64,000 nt of DNA from Octopus sinensis (Eukaryota): NCBI RefSeq assembly GCF_006345805.1, contig NC_042997.1, positions 171,244,001 to 171,308,000 on the forward strand, read 5' to 3'. This document shows positions 11,468 through 23,849 of the stretch, one piece after another (the stretch's first letter is position 1; each line of letters starts with the position of its first letter). The translations under genes were made by a program, and so were the position numbers. The notes beneath the pieces were generated by a model. The model made no database searches. It was not told the DNA's origin and worked only from the letters and a program-made list of their open reading frames with translations.

Positions 11468-11769
11468 GCATTCTAACAGTACATCTTATAGTCTATGAGT
11501 TAAACATTTCCAGAGAGACTCTGCTACTGACATCTTCTCTGAGAGCTTATTCATCTAAGTGTTTTAAATGAAAATCTGGGGCTACTAATAGATTAACCCC
11601 ATTAAAATCTAGAGCTACTGGCAGGTGACATAAAGGTTAGAAATGTAACTGAAAACTAGGGATTAGTGAGGGGAAGGAAACAACAGCATGGCAAATTATA
11701 TGATATGGTCATTTAGACCTGGAGTCAGTTTACAGGGATTTTTTTTTTTTAGGTCAAAGTGGGTTTTAA

Positions 11770-12164
11770 TCTACATGTATATATAAAGCAGAAGTTGTCT
11801 GTGTATGGCAGATTTGGTAGCCTTCAACTAACACTATCTCACCCGAGACCCTGCGGCGCAAGTTGACCAAAATTGAGAGTATGATAGAAGAAGGCTTGCT
11901 CTTCCTTCTGTAGAAGAAAAAATTAAAATCGAACCATGTTAACACCAAAAATTATTTACATCAAAAAGGTGCTTTTTTTTCTATGAAAATCCCTAATTTT
12001 TACGATTTTTTTACTGCTGCGTTGCCATTTTTTGGTGTATTTCAACCAGAAAAATGTTCACTTAAAGAGAATAACAAGCTACATAATGCCAAAGTTTTAC
12101 TTTTCAAAAATTCCAATTATAAAGGGTTGAAACAAACCCGAGCAATGCCAGGTGATACTGCTAG
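11770..12164 (+). mobile_element. Non-autonomous Helitron-like element
   Basis: 5' TC after A; 3' hairpin CCCGAGCAATGCCAGG then CTAG; second copy at 38101-38492. Confidence 0.75.
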
Positions 12165-12689
12165 CTATATGATATGGTCATTTAGTCCTAGACTCAGTTT
12201 TCAGGGATTTTTTTTTCTTTTTTAGGTCAAAATGGGTTTTAATTTCGATAAAATTTTAAATTGTTTATATCCTGTTCACAACTGTAACAGTAGAATATCT
12301 TTCAAAATTACAATTCCGTGAGTAAAATAACAGCAGAAAAAAAAAAGCCTCTCAATATAAATAACATCTTTCAGTCATGCTCTTGACATATATCTATTTA
12401 ATTGCAGCCAGTGTTATTTACAACAAACTAACTACTACCAATGTTTGAAGAAGACTACGAGCATAGGATAGCAATCAGTTGCAATGCACAGACATATTCT
12501 GTCTGCTTGTGAAGGATGATTAAAGGCTGTCAATAAAACATTGCTAGTTAAATACTTGAGTCAGAGCTTGGTTAATTTGTACAGAGTGGAGAGTTTGTTA
12601 TATTCAGAATGCATATGAAATATGCATTCTCCATTGTTATTGGTATGTCTTGTTTGTCGTCATCGTCGTTGTTGTTGTTGTTGTTATTC

Positions 12690-13440
12690 AGTAGTTTTAT
12701 TTTTATAGCGTGCTTTCACTTCACTACCGAGCCAAGCTCTGTGTGCCTTGGGTATGTGCTGTGATTTGTTGTGATGATTACTGTATTGAAAGTGTTCTGC
12801 ATAGGATGTGTGCAGTGCCTAGTAGTGCAATTTTCTGTATGTTATATGTGTTTGTAAGTTCTGGTGTTTTTGTTATGTATTTGTCTGAATATTTTTTTAT
12901 CATACCTAATGCACCTACTATGATAGGACAAAATCGGAATCAAAATTGAACCAATCCTATGACTGGCACCCGGCAGATGCCAGGACCCCTGGACTGGTGG
13001 TACGTAAAAAGCACTATCCGAATCGTGGCCGATGCCAGCGCCACCTTGACTGGCTTCCGTGCCGGTGGCACGTAAAAAGCACCATCCGTATCGTGGCCGA
13101 AGCCAGTGCCGCCTCGACTGGCTTCCGTGCCGGTGGCATGTAAAATGCACCAATCCGACCGTGGCCGTTGCCAGCCTCGCCTGGCACTTGTGCAGGTGGC
13201 ACGTAAAAAGCACCCACTACACTCACGGAGTGGTTGGCGTTAGGAAGGGCATCCAGTTGTAGAAACATTGCCAGATAAGACTGGAGCCTGGTGCAGCCTT
13301 CTGGCTTCCCAGATCCCCGGTCGAACCGTCCAACCCATGCTAGCATGGAGAACAGACGTTAAACGATGTTGATTCTAGTTACCTCTATTTCCAGGTCTTT
13401 GTATTTTGAAAGTTTCTCCATTTCTTTTAGAGACACATTA
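12690..13440 (-). mobile_element. R4/Dong-clade LINE 3' end, interrupted by an RTE insertion
   Basis: Minus-strand VSLKEMEKLSKYKDLEIEVTR ... IVGALGMIKKYSDKYITKTP..NIQKIALLGTAHILCRTLSIQ (REL endonuclease C-terminus); (AAC)n on both sides. Confidence 0.85.
12925..13370 (+). mobile_element. RTE 3' end with hairpin-unit array
   Basis: Four to five ~62-bp units followed by the RTE 3'UTR. Confidence 0.85.
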
Positions 13441-13513
13441 TTGTTGTTGTTGTTGTTGTTGGTGGTGGTGGTGTTGTTGTTGTTGTTGTTGTTGTCGTTG
13501 TTGTTTTTGTAAT

Positions 13514-14175
13514 TAAGGTGGAGAGCTGACAGAATCGTTAGCACACTGGATGAAATACTGGATGAAATGGTATTTTGTCTGTTACCACATTCTGAGTTCA
13601 AATTCAGCCGAGGTTGACAATGCCTTTCATTCTTTCAGGGTCAATAAACGAAGTATCAGTTAAGTACTGGGGTCAATGTAATCAACTAGCCCCTCCCCCA
13701 AATTTCTGGCCTTGTGCCTTTAGTAGAAAGGATTATTATTATTATTATTATTATTAAGGTTGTGAGCTGGCAGAATTGTTAGCACACTGGACAAAATGCT
13801 TGGCAGTATTTCGCCCATCTGAGTTCAAATTCTGCAGAAGTCAACTTTGCCTTTCATCCTTTTAGGTTGATAAAATAAGTACCAGTTGAATGCTAGTGTT
13901 GATGTAATTGGCTCATCTCCTCCCACAAAATTGCTGCCCTTGGGGCAAAAAATTGAAACCATTATTATTATTATTAAGGTGGCAACATAGCAGAATTTTT
14001 AGTATGCTGGGCAAAATGCTTAGTAGCATTTTGTCCATCCTTACATTCCGAGTTCTAATTCCACCAAGGTTGATATGCCTTTCATCCTTTCAAGGTTGAT
14101 GAAATAAGTACCGTTTACACACGGGGGTTGATGTAATCAACTAGTCCCCTTCCCCAAAATTTCAAGCCTTGTGCC
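13514..14175 (+). mobile_element. Three tandem Nin-domain SINE copies separated by (TTA)n
   Basis: GG(T/A)G(A/G)GAGCTG(G/A)CAGAAT head and Nin box recur at ~13514, ~13758 and ~13977. Confidence 0.8.
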
Positions 14176-14179
14176 TATA

Positions 14180-14580
14180 GGTGTAGGAGTGGCTGTGTGG
14201 TAAGTAGCTTGCTTACCAACCACATGGTTCCGGGTTCAGTCCCTCTGTGCAGCACCTTGGGCAAGTGTCTTCTACTATAGCCTCGGACCGACCAAAGCCT
14301 TGAGTGGATTTGGTAAACAGAAACTGAAAGAAGCCCGTCATATATATGTATATATGTATGTATGTGTGTGTGTATATGTTTGTATACCTGTGTTTGTTCC
14401 CCCAACATCGTTTGACAACCGATGGTGGTGTGTTTACGTCCCCATGAGACCGATAGAATAAGTACTAGGCATACAAAAAATAAATCCCGGGGTCGATTTG
14501 CTCGACTAAAGGCAGTGCTCCAGCATGGCCACAATCAAATGGCTGAAACAAGTAAAAGAGTAAAAGAGAGAGTAAAAGAG
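14180..14580 (+). mobile_element. CORE-domain SINE
   Basis: Same family as 11088-11467. Confidence 0.9.
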
Positions 14581-14924
14581 AGTATAGTGGAAAGGATTAA
14601 TAATATCATGTTTTATCATCATCATTATAATTATAGGTGCCTGTTGTTGTTTATTATTATCATTATTATTATTATTATGTTATTATTACGTACCATTAAG
14701 GCAGTGAACTGACTGAATCATTAGCACAGCAGGCAATAATGTTTAGCAGTATTTCGTCTGTCTTCAAGAACAAATTATGTCGAGGTCAAGTTTGTCTATC
14801 ATCCTTTCGGGATCAATGAAAGAAGTGACAGTTGAACACTGGGATCAATTTAATTGACTAAACCCCACCACCATGAATTTGCTGGCCTTGTACCAAAATT
14901 TGAAACCACTATTGTTATTATTGT

Positions 14925-15470
14925 TGTTGAGTGAGAGAGCAGCACACACTCTCAAAAGATGCTGGATTACAAATATACAAAGCCCAATAAACCCATCATG
15001 ACTACCTATGTGATAAGGGTACACCAGGTACATGCATCACAACCATATTGTATGCAACATAGTGATCTCATACCAAGAAAAGCAGCACATGACTTTACTG
15101 GTGGGGCCCAGTTAGAATTTTCTTCAGGCTGTGTATCCCACCCTACTGAAAAGGTCCCTGAACAAGGGTTGCTTAAGGTTGTTGAACAGTTAATCTATGT
15201 TTCCAGAGGTGAATTATTCAAGCTACAAAGAATTCCTCAACACATGATTATGATCCTCCACCACTATTCCTGCTCATGATCAGAGATGCACATAGTGTCA
15301 ACCATTGAGGGTCATTCTCAACTGGTTAAGGTCAAGCAAATCTGCAGAATATTTGCCATAACCCATCTTTTACACCAAAACAAAACATGTACACGTTATC
15401 ACTCCCAATCAGTTAAGATCAGAAGCCACGAGAGCCACTGCCTGGTACTGCATCAGCTCATTCCATCATG
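14925..15470 (-). mobile_element. Unclassified ~550-bp repeat associated with (AAT)n
   Basis: Copies at 4520-4955 and 25131-25245; minus strand starts CTGATGCAGTACCAGGCAGTGGCTC and ends in an (AAC/AAT)n run. Confidence 0.7.
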
Positions 15471-15471
15471 T

Positions 15472-15660
15472 GGTGTCCATTTTCATTGATGCATTTTTGA
15501 AGGTGATCTTCGAAGTTAACCTCTTGGAAGTTAACCTTGAAAAGAAAAAAATGCTAAGACACCGTGGACCAAATGGTACCTGCCAGACATATGTCCCTCT
15601 CCCTGGGGTTGAGTAATAGCCATTTCAAAAACCGTCCACCTCTCTGCCCCACCTTGTAAT
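15472..15660 (-). mobile_element. Tc1/mariner remnant (one TIR plus transposase C-terminus)
   Basis: TA-CAAGGTGGGCAGAGAGGTGGACGG end; peptide NFEDHLQKCINENGHH. Confidence 0.55.
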
Positions 15661-15799
15661 ATCGGGTGGATATGAAGAGTTTGTGCTACATGGATTTGAC
15701 TTAGATTTGTTGGGCTCAGGGTGATTCCGTAAAGAATGTTAATTTTAATCATCTTATTGACTTGTAGTAATATGGTTCATTTGATATAGCATGATGTAA

Positions 15800-16070
15800 A
15801 GGCGTATGGCTTAGTGGTTAGGGTATTTGGCTTACAATCACAAGGTTGAGAGTTCAGTTCCTGGTGATGCGTTGTGTCCTTGAGCAAGAAACTTTATTTC
15901 ACATTGCTCCAGTCCACTTAGCCAGCAAAAATGAGTAGTATGTGTATTTCAAAGGGCCAGCCTTGTCACATTCTGTGTTACATTGAATCTCCCTGAGAAC
16001 TATGTTAAGGGTGCATGTGTCTGTGGAGTGCTCAGCTGAATGCACATTAATTTCATGAACCAGCTGTTTT
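15800..16070 (+). mobile_element. tRNA-derived CORE-like SINE (third family)
   Basis: GGCGTATGGCTTAGTGGTTAGG head; TCCTTGAGCAAGAAACTTTATTTCACATTGCTCCAGTCCAC; related minus copies at 42540-42785 and 46350-46600. Confidence 0.75.
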
Positions 16071-16242
16071 ATTGTAAGCGATGGAGTGCTAGATATGGCA
16101 TGGCTGGTGAACTTTATTAGTGTTGGAGCTGTTATATTTATGTGGGAAATTTGACTGGCAACTATTGGTGCCACCAGCTACAGTTGCTTTTGAAGTAAAA
16201 GTGGAAGAGAAAGAGAGTTTACTGAGAAATAAGAGGGAGGGT

Positions 16243-16590
16243 CATCATCATCATCATCATCATCGTTTAACGTCCGTTCTCCATGCTAGCATGGGTTGGA
16301 CGGTTCGACTGGGGATCTGGGAAGCCAGAAGGCTGCACCAGGCTCCAGTCTTATCTGGCAATGTTTCTACAGCTGGATGCCCTTCCTAACGCCAACCACT
16401 CCGTGAGTGTAGTGGGTGCTTTTTACGTGCCACCTGCACAGGTGCCAGGCGAGGCTGGCAACGGCCACGGTCGGACTGGTATATTTTACGTGCCACCGGC
16501 ACGGAAGCCAGTCGAGGCGGCGCTGGCATCGGCCATGAGTCGGATAGTGCTTTTTACGTACCACCAGACCAGGGATCCTGGCTGGTGTTA
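16243..16590 (-). mobile_element. RTE 3' end with hairpin-unit array
   Basis: Nearly the reverse complement of 13000-13370. Confidence 0.85.
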
Positions 16591-16608
16591 TATTTATATT
16601 CAGTGAAA

Positions 16609-16840
16609 GGTGGCGAGCTGGCAGAAGCGTTAGTGCGCTGGGCGAAATGCTTAGCGGTATTTCGTCTGTCGTTACGTTCTGAGTTCAAATTCCGCCGAGG
16701 TCGACTTTGCCTTTCATCCTTTCAGGGTTGATAAATAAAGTACCAGTTTCGCACTGGGGTCAATGTAATCGACTTAATCCCTTTGTCTGGCCTTGTTTGT
16801 CCCCACTATGTTTAGCTCCTTGTGGGTAGTAAAGAAATAT
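16609..16840 (+). mobile_element. Nin/Deu-domain SINE, full length
   Basis: GGTGGCGAGCTGGCAGAAGCGTTAG head, GTTCTGAGTTCAAATTCC B-box, Nin box; ATATTCAGT on both flanks. Confidence 0.92.
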
Positions 16841-16849
16841 ATATTCAGT

Positions 16850-17520
16850 TTCTACCATCTGAAAATGTGGTACCCTGTCAAATGCTTTTCAGTAATCAAT
16901 CCAGAACATACTAAAGCCTTTTTTTTTTGTTCTATGCTTCCATAGCCCTGTTAACTTATAACTGTCTCTACACTACAACCATACATCTTTTTTCTGGTAC
17001 GTTTTCTGTTCATCTGCTCTGTAAATAACCAAGTCAACCAGCTGTAGCATATGAATGTAAGGGCTTTGTATGTTGTTGAAAATCAAATTATAAGGTTTGT
17101 AGTTTTGTGGGTGTCTTGTGCTTTTGATTTGGAGGATTAACGTTGTTCTCCCCTCCATCATCCATTTGGATGTTAATTCTTGTCTACTTTATCAATTTAT
17201 TAGATTCTGTTGCTATAGAATCATGAATTTTGGAGGAGAGGTACTTCAGTCAGAAATTGGCAACTTTTTTCAATTGTTGGAGCTTTCCTATTACTTAAAA
17301 AATTTTAATGTTGATAAATTCTTTGCTGGCTGCATAGGAAGTCATTTTTGCAGAGTTGTTTAGGTTTTAGCCTTTCATTTCCATCTAACCTACTGTATAT
17401 TTTTTTTATTGAACTGAATATTTCTGTTGCATTCTTCTATCTCAGTGTTCTTTATCCTCTGGCGTTGTTTTGTAAGTATCTCCATAAAATCTTTTGGTAC
17501 TTGATTCAAAGCATTCATCA
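16850..17520 (-). pseudogene. R4/Dong-clade reverse transcriptase fragment
   Basis: Frameshifted WMMEGRTTLI..PQNYKP ... EQK ... MFWIDY*KAFDRVPH (RT domains 0-3). Confidence 0.75.
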
Positions 17521-17770
17521 TATCATCATCATCATCGTTTAACGTCCGCTTTCCATGCTAGCATGGGTTGGACGATTTTTGACTGAGGGCTGGCGAACCA
17601 GATGGCTGCACCAGGCTCCAATCTTGATTTGGCAGAGTTTCTACAGCTGGATGCCCTTCCTAATGCCAACCACTCCGAGAGTGTAGTGGGTGCTTTTTGT
17701 GTGCCACCATCACGGGGGCCAGTCAGGCAGCACTGGCAACGACCTCGCTCGAATCTTTTTACACATAGCA
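17518..17770 (-). mobile_element. RTE 3' end
   Basis: (ATC)n followed by the reverse complement of the RTE 3'UTR and one hairpin unit. Confidence 0.85.
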
Positions 17771-18730
17771 TTATTCTAGAAAAAGCTTGCTTTTAGTTAT
17801 GATTTGCCCAAGCTTTTCTTTTGCTTTCTGGGTACCTTTTTGGTTAATGCTATAATATCTTTTAGATATTTGGGGTTTTTTTCATGTTGGACATATTTTT
17901 CTTCATTTCATTTGGTAAAAATACATTTTTCTCTTTAAATCTTTCCCAAATTTAATGAAAGTTATTCATCATCATCATCATCATCATTGTTGTCATTTTA
18001 ACCTCCCACTTTTCCATGCTTGTATTGGTTGGAAGAAGTTTATTGAAGCACATATTTTATGGCTGGATGCCTTTCCTGTTGCTAACCCTCACCTATCTCC
18101 GAGTAAGGTAATATTTCTCTCTGAGCAGACAAGCCTTTGAAGAATAATGAATATGAATGATACTGATTTTATGGTAGTGATTCTCATTTGCAACTATCAT
18201 GTGATGTCATGTCAAGGATCCCCCCCACACACACACACACACAAAACAGGATTCTTTCAGTTTCATTTTACTAAATTCAACGGCAAGTTTTGAATCAGCC
18301 TGGTATTCTACAGAACCCATGACCAAGTTGCCATGCAGTAGAAATGAACCTGAAACTATGTGGGTGGAAAGAAACTACTTAAACACACAGCCATACTTAC
18401 ACCGAACTGTGCCTGCACAACTAGAGATAAGTTTGACTGAGAAGTGTCTGATTGTATATGAATCAAATTTAGCTTCTGTTAATACTTTATTGAATAGACT
18501 AGATAATTTAATCAGTTGATATTTGAATAATTGGTTCGGACAGAATTTCTTGGAGGACCTTATTGCATTTATATATACTAATTACCCGTAGGGAAACCAT
18601 ATTTTGTCATGCAACCATAATATACTAACTACAAAGTATAGTAAAAGCTTTATAAGTCAATGCTGTGTCCTACTGTGTTAGCAGTGATATTAATTCATTT
18701 GTTAAGGTTCTTTCTACAGATTTTCTATAG

Positions 18731-18864
18731 GAATTAGAGCCAGCACAGATTTGTTATGACATTTTGTATACAAAAAAATATGCTTATGTGAACAATATGA
18801 TTGAAGATGGAAAAATGGGTAATGGGTGTATATGCATGTTTCGGGAGTTCTTGCTCCTTCATCA
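18731..18864 (+). CDS. Candidate exon (ELEPAQICYDILYTKKYAYVNNMIEDGKMGNGCICMFREFLLLH)
   Basis: Acceptor ctacagattttctatag; open frame; donor CA|gtaacc gives phase 2, matching the exon at 21023. Confidence 0.35.
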
Positions 18865-18999
18865 GTAACCACATCCAACCCATTAAACATCCACAAACTC
18901 ATTGCTTAAATATCTACTAGATATAGCGATGTAACACACACTACTGGATATACCAATTTTATTCATTAAACACATTCCTGACAACAGGTACATCATTAT

Positions 19000-19380
19000 T
19001 ATCATCATCATCATAATCATCATGATCATCATTTAATGTCTGCTTTCCATACTGTCATGGGTTGGACAGATTGACTGAAAACTAGTAAGCTGGGGAGCTA
19101 CACTAGTTTCCAGTCTGATTTGGCATGGTTTCTACAGCTGGATGTTCTTCCTAAAGCCAACCACTCCAAGAGTGTAGTGGGTGCTTTTTCATGTGCCACC
19201 GTGCTAGTTACAAAACACCAGCATTAGCCATGACTATGATCTTACTTGGTTTGGTAGGTCTTCTCAAGAAGCATGGTGCATTGCCAAAGGTCTCAGCCAT
19301 ATGTCGCTGCCTCTGTGAGACCCAAGTTTGAATGGTGCTTTTTATGCACCATTGGCACAGGTGCCAGATATGCGACACTG
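19000..19380 (-). mobile_element. Older RTE 3' end including the ORF terminus
   Basis: Diverged 3'UTR plus ORF-end-like CTTGAGAAGACC..CCAAGT. Confidence 0.7.
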
Positions 19381-19559
19381 TAATTAATATGTACATACAT
19401 ATTAATTACTTGTAGGGACTCCGTATTTTGTTATGTGACCATAAGATACTATAAAGCACATTAAATGTTTTATAAGTCAATACTGTGTACTACTGTGTTA
19501 GCAGTGCTCTTACATCACTTGCTAAGGTTCCCTCTACAGACATATATACTTTATATATA

Positions 19560-20700
19560 CTTTCATGGAGCTGACTGGACACATGCAACTTGGACAGTTA
19601 ACCATGTTATGTCTCTTTTTCTGTGTCATTGTTTCTGTTAGGTTTTCCTCAATGTTAACTCTGGTTAATTTGCATGCTGCTGTGTGCTCTTCAGTTTGTT
19701 GTTAAGTGTGTGGCAGTTGAGGGTATATTTTTCTCACTGCTGTGTATTGGTTGAAGGTTATATAGGAACTTCTAAGATATTCACCATTAATTTGAATTGA
19801 AGTTCTTTTCTATTCACAACTCTTTTTTTTTTATAGGTTGTTATGTCTTGTTTGATTTTTTTTTTTTATTTGCTTGGTTTGCTCAGTAGTATTTTCATTG
19901 TATTTTAAAGATTCCTTTGTTATATGAGCAGTCGTTTTGTTACATTATTTTCTTTTACCTTTTATGAAGTTTTACATGTTTCATGTGTGTGTGTGTGTGT
20001 GTGCGTGCGTGTGATGAGATTTGTTGTGATGCTGTCATTAGTTTATAGTAGGTGTTCTTTTTGTATATAGTTGGTTGTTTTGTTTTCAGTGTGTATTTGT
20101 TACATGAGTTCTATTCCAATTTTTGGAATCTCGGTTTTGTTTTATTATAAATCTTTATACATTCTCAAGTGTATTACATTCAAATTTTTCTCATTTCTTC
20201 CTTTTCTCCTCGATAATGCATATGCCTCTTTTATAGTGCTCATGTGTATTATATGCGTAATAGGAATTAAACACTTCATTGTATTGTAAATTGTTCCTAT
20301 GTTTTCTTTCGATTTTGTCATTATTTTGGATCCTAGCAGTAAGAGATAAGATTTTTTGTTTGATGTTGTCCTTTTGGTAAAATGGTGCTTCTCAAAAAAT
20401 ACGTTACATTATCTTCGTTTCAACCTCACATTAAACTCACACTGGGAAATCCTTTATACATTCTAACTTGCAGGTTGTGTTTTTGTTGCTGCTTGAATTT
20501 TTTTTTAATGGACATAATTGATGTTTTTAAATAGCATAACGGTTGTACTTACAAGAACTCTTATAGAATCTTTTACTTTATTATATTTTTTTTTTTTGTG
20601 GTTAATTTTGGTTTTGAACTGGTTGTATTATTGGATTTATATCAGTATTTATGAAGAGCTATGTTTTCACAGTTATACTGTTATTCAGTTTGGTCCAGTT
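19560..20700 (-). pseudogene. Heavily decayed retroelement ORF, possibly Penelope-like
   Basis: T-rich plus strand; minus-strand peptides RKRDITW and FFEKHHFTKRTTSNKNLISYC resemble PLE motifs; many stops. Confidence 0.3.
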
Positions 20701-21022
20701 CTAGGGTAGAAAATTGGGAAATTTGTGTGGTGGCAGATGAAATATCTTCCAGTTACTAAGTCATCTCTCCTTACATTCTATTGTCATATCTGATGGGGTC
20801 AAAATAAATATCAGTCCACTAGTTGAGTTGATTTAAGTTGACCATAACCCACTTACAAAATGTGTGGAGTTGTTGTTCGCAAGTTAGAAATTAATAGATA
20901 TTATTGTTATTGCATTGCTTTGGTCATTCCTGCTTGAATAAACCTTATAGCACAGACATAGCTGATCAATAAATTGGTTTGATCATACTGACCTAATGGT
21001 TAATACTTGAAATATATTGTAG

Positions 21023-21070
21023 GGAGCTTGTTGAAGCAGAGGGAGAGAGATTAGATGCTCCATTGAGCAG
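21023..21070 (+). CDS. Candidate micro-exon (ELVEAEGERLDAPLS)
   Basis: aatatattgtag| and CAG|gtaaat; 48 nt, phase 2-2, coding-like composition in non-repetitive sequence. Confidence 0.55.
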
Positions 21071-21387
21071 GTAAATGCTGTTGATCAGTTATGCTTGAGT
21101 AGCAGTCCTATGACACTAAGATACCAAATCAAAGAATTATTTAATCAGCATTGTAGCTGTGGTTAATTGGTTGGAACAATTGACACCTCCTACATGCACA
21201 GCTGTCTTCATAGTTTTACATTAATTTTTAAAAACAAAAACCAGTTTCAATGTTTCAATGTCTAATTACAATTAAAAAAAACCTGGATGTGAATAATCCA
21301 ACTTTATTGCTAAGAATGTACAACAAGTTAATACAAAATCCCATTCTTTACAGACGTGATGGTGCTAACATAATATCTAATTACGTT

Positions 21388-21840
21388 AGGTGTAGGAGTG
21401 GCTGTGGGGTAAGTAGCTTGCTTACCAACCACTTGGTTACAGGTTCAGTCCCACTGCGTGGGACCTTGAGCAAGTGTCTTCTACTATATCCTCGGGCCGA
21501 CCAAAACCTTGTGAGTGGATTTGGTAGACGGAAACTGAAAGAAGCTCGTCATATATATGTATATATATATATAATATATATATATATATAATATATATAT
21601 ATATAATATATATATATATATGTATGTATGTATGTGTGTGTATATGTTTGTCCTCCCAACATTGCTTGTCAACCGATGCTGGTGTGTTTACGTCCCCGTT
21701 ACTTAGCGGTTCAGCAAAAGAGACCGATAGAATATGTACTAGGCTTACAAAGAATAAGTCCTGGGATTGATTTGCTCGACTAAAGGCGGTGCTCCAGCAT
21801 GGCCACAGTCAAATAACTGAAACAAGTAAAAGAGTAAAAG
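21388..21840 (+). mobile_element. CORE-domain SINE with expanded internal (TA)n
   Basis: Same family as 11088-11467. Confidence 0.9.
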
Positions 21841-22329
21841 AGGTATCTAGTTGTATCCTAACTATTTGGTAAGTTGTTACAAGATTTTGGACTTTGTTGC
21901 AATCCTTACTTTACATATAGTATCGAGTTTCTTGACGGAGTTTATTACACTGTTTCTGCCTGTCTGTGGATATGCATGAGAGAAGCTCTTATATTGGCTT
22001 ATAAATATCCAAGCAATATGATGCATGTATTTGATATTACATAATCTCTGGTAGCAATTAGACCAAGACTGAGAATATAATATGGATAGAAGTAAAATAT
22101 GTGATTTGATAAATATCGATTTCTCAGTTCAGCTCAAGGCTGGCTAATGTTCATTCTTGGTGTTGTTGTTTAGTCATCGAACTGTCCTGATTGAGCATGC
22201 CTATGCTCAAAGATATTTTATTGTGTGAAGTGAAATATACAGTCTTTGGAGCTACACACTTCTGCCATCAGAATACAAATAGCAGATAGTGTGTGTCACT
22301 CAACACTTTTCCCTGTTTAGATTCACTTT

Positions 22330-22700
22330 TCTTTTATTTGTTTCAGTCATTTACGGCCATGCTGAAGCACTGCCTTTAATCGAGCAAATCGACCCCAGGA
22401 CTTATTCTTTGTAAGCCTAGTATCAGTCTCTTTAACCAAACCAGCATCGGATGTCAAGCGATGTTGGGGGGACAAACACAGACACACAAACATATACACA
22501 GACATACATACATATATATATACCTATATACATATGTACGACGGGCTTCTTTCAGTTTCCGTCTGCCAAATCCACTCACAAGGCTTTGGTTGGCCCGAGG
22601 CTATAGTAGAAGACACTTGCCCAAGGTGCCACACAGTGGGACTGTACCTGGAACCATGTGGTTGGTAAGCAAGCTACTTACCCCACAGCCACTCCTGTGC
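22330..22700 (-). mobile_element. CORE-domain SINE
   Basis: Reverse complement of the family consensus. Confidence 0.9.
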
Positions 22701-22811
22701 CTATGTTAACATAGGGAAAATTTGATTGTAGGATCTAAACTGAAGGAATTTACTATTGGAGTAGATTTAAGTTTTAGCCCAACAGTCTTGGCTGTTTTCA
22801 ACACTGGAATC

Positions 22812-23130
22812 CTCCTCATTGTCATCATCATTATTGTCATCATCGTCATCGTCATTGTCACCATCATCGTTATCATCATCATCTTAATCGTCATCGGCAT
22901 CGCTGTCGTCATTGTCGTTATTGTTGTCAATGTCATCTTCATCATCATTATTGTCATTGTTGTCGTCATTGTCGTTGTTATCATCATCATCATCATTGTC
23001 GTTGTAGTTGTCATCACTATCATCATTATCATCATCATCATTGTTGTTGTCATCATCGTTGTCATCATAATTGTCATCATCATCGTCGTCGTCTTCATCA
23101 TTGTCGTCATTATCATTATATCATCATCAT
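22812..23130. repeat. Imperfect (ATC/GTC/ATT)n microsatellite
   Basis: Direct reading. Confidence 0.95.
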
Positions 23131-23849
23131 ATATACATGTAAGCGTAGGAGTGGCTGTCTGGTAAGTAGCTTGCTTACAAACTACATGGTTCCGGGTTCA
23201 GTCCCACTGCATGGCACCTTGGGCAAGGTGGTAAGCTGGCTGAACCGTTAGTATGCCAGACAAATTGCTTAGCCGCATTTCATCCATCTTAATGTTCTGA
23301 GCTCAAATTCTACCGAGGTCGACTTTGCCTTTCATCCTTTTAGAGTTGGTAAAATAGGTACTAGTTAATTACTCAGGTCAATCATATTGACTTTCCTCTC
23401 CTCTCAAAATCTGCTGGCTCAGTGCCAAAATTTGAAACCATTATTTAACCTCTGCAGAAATTGTTTCACTTATGGTGAATGAACCTGATGACTTCTTTGT
23501 TTCACATTTATCCATGCATTTTTATCTAGTAGAGTGAGATACATGGAATATCAGGCTGCTTTTTCTAGCAGGTTAAGTGACCGCATATAAAAGGCTCCCT
23601 TGTTGGCTTGTATCATCATCTGTTGTTTCATCTGACACTTGATAGCAACTCTGTATTGATCTTCTACATCAGATTTCACATGAGCAAGAACTGCTTGTAT
23701 GTATGTATGTGTGTGTGGATGCATCAATGTGTGTGTGTATGTGTGTGTGTGTGTGCTTTACAATCTTTCATCAGTACAGCAGCTGTCTACTGAAGCTATT
23801 AGCTGATCTATAATAGATATTTATATCTCTCCAGTCCTCATATATACAC

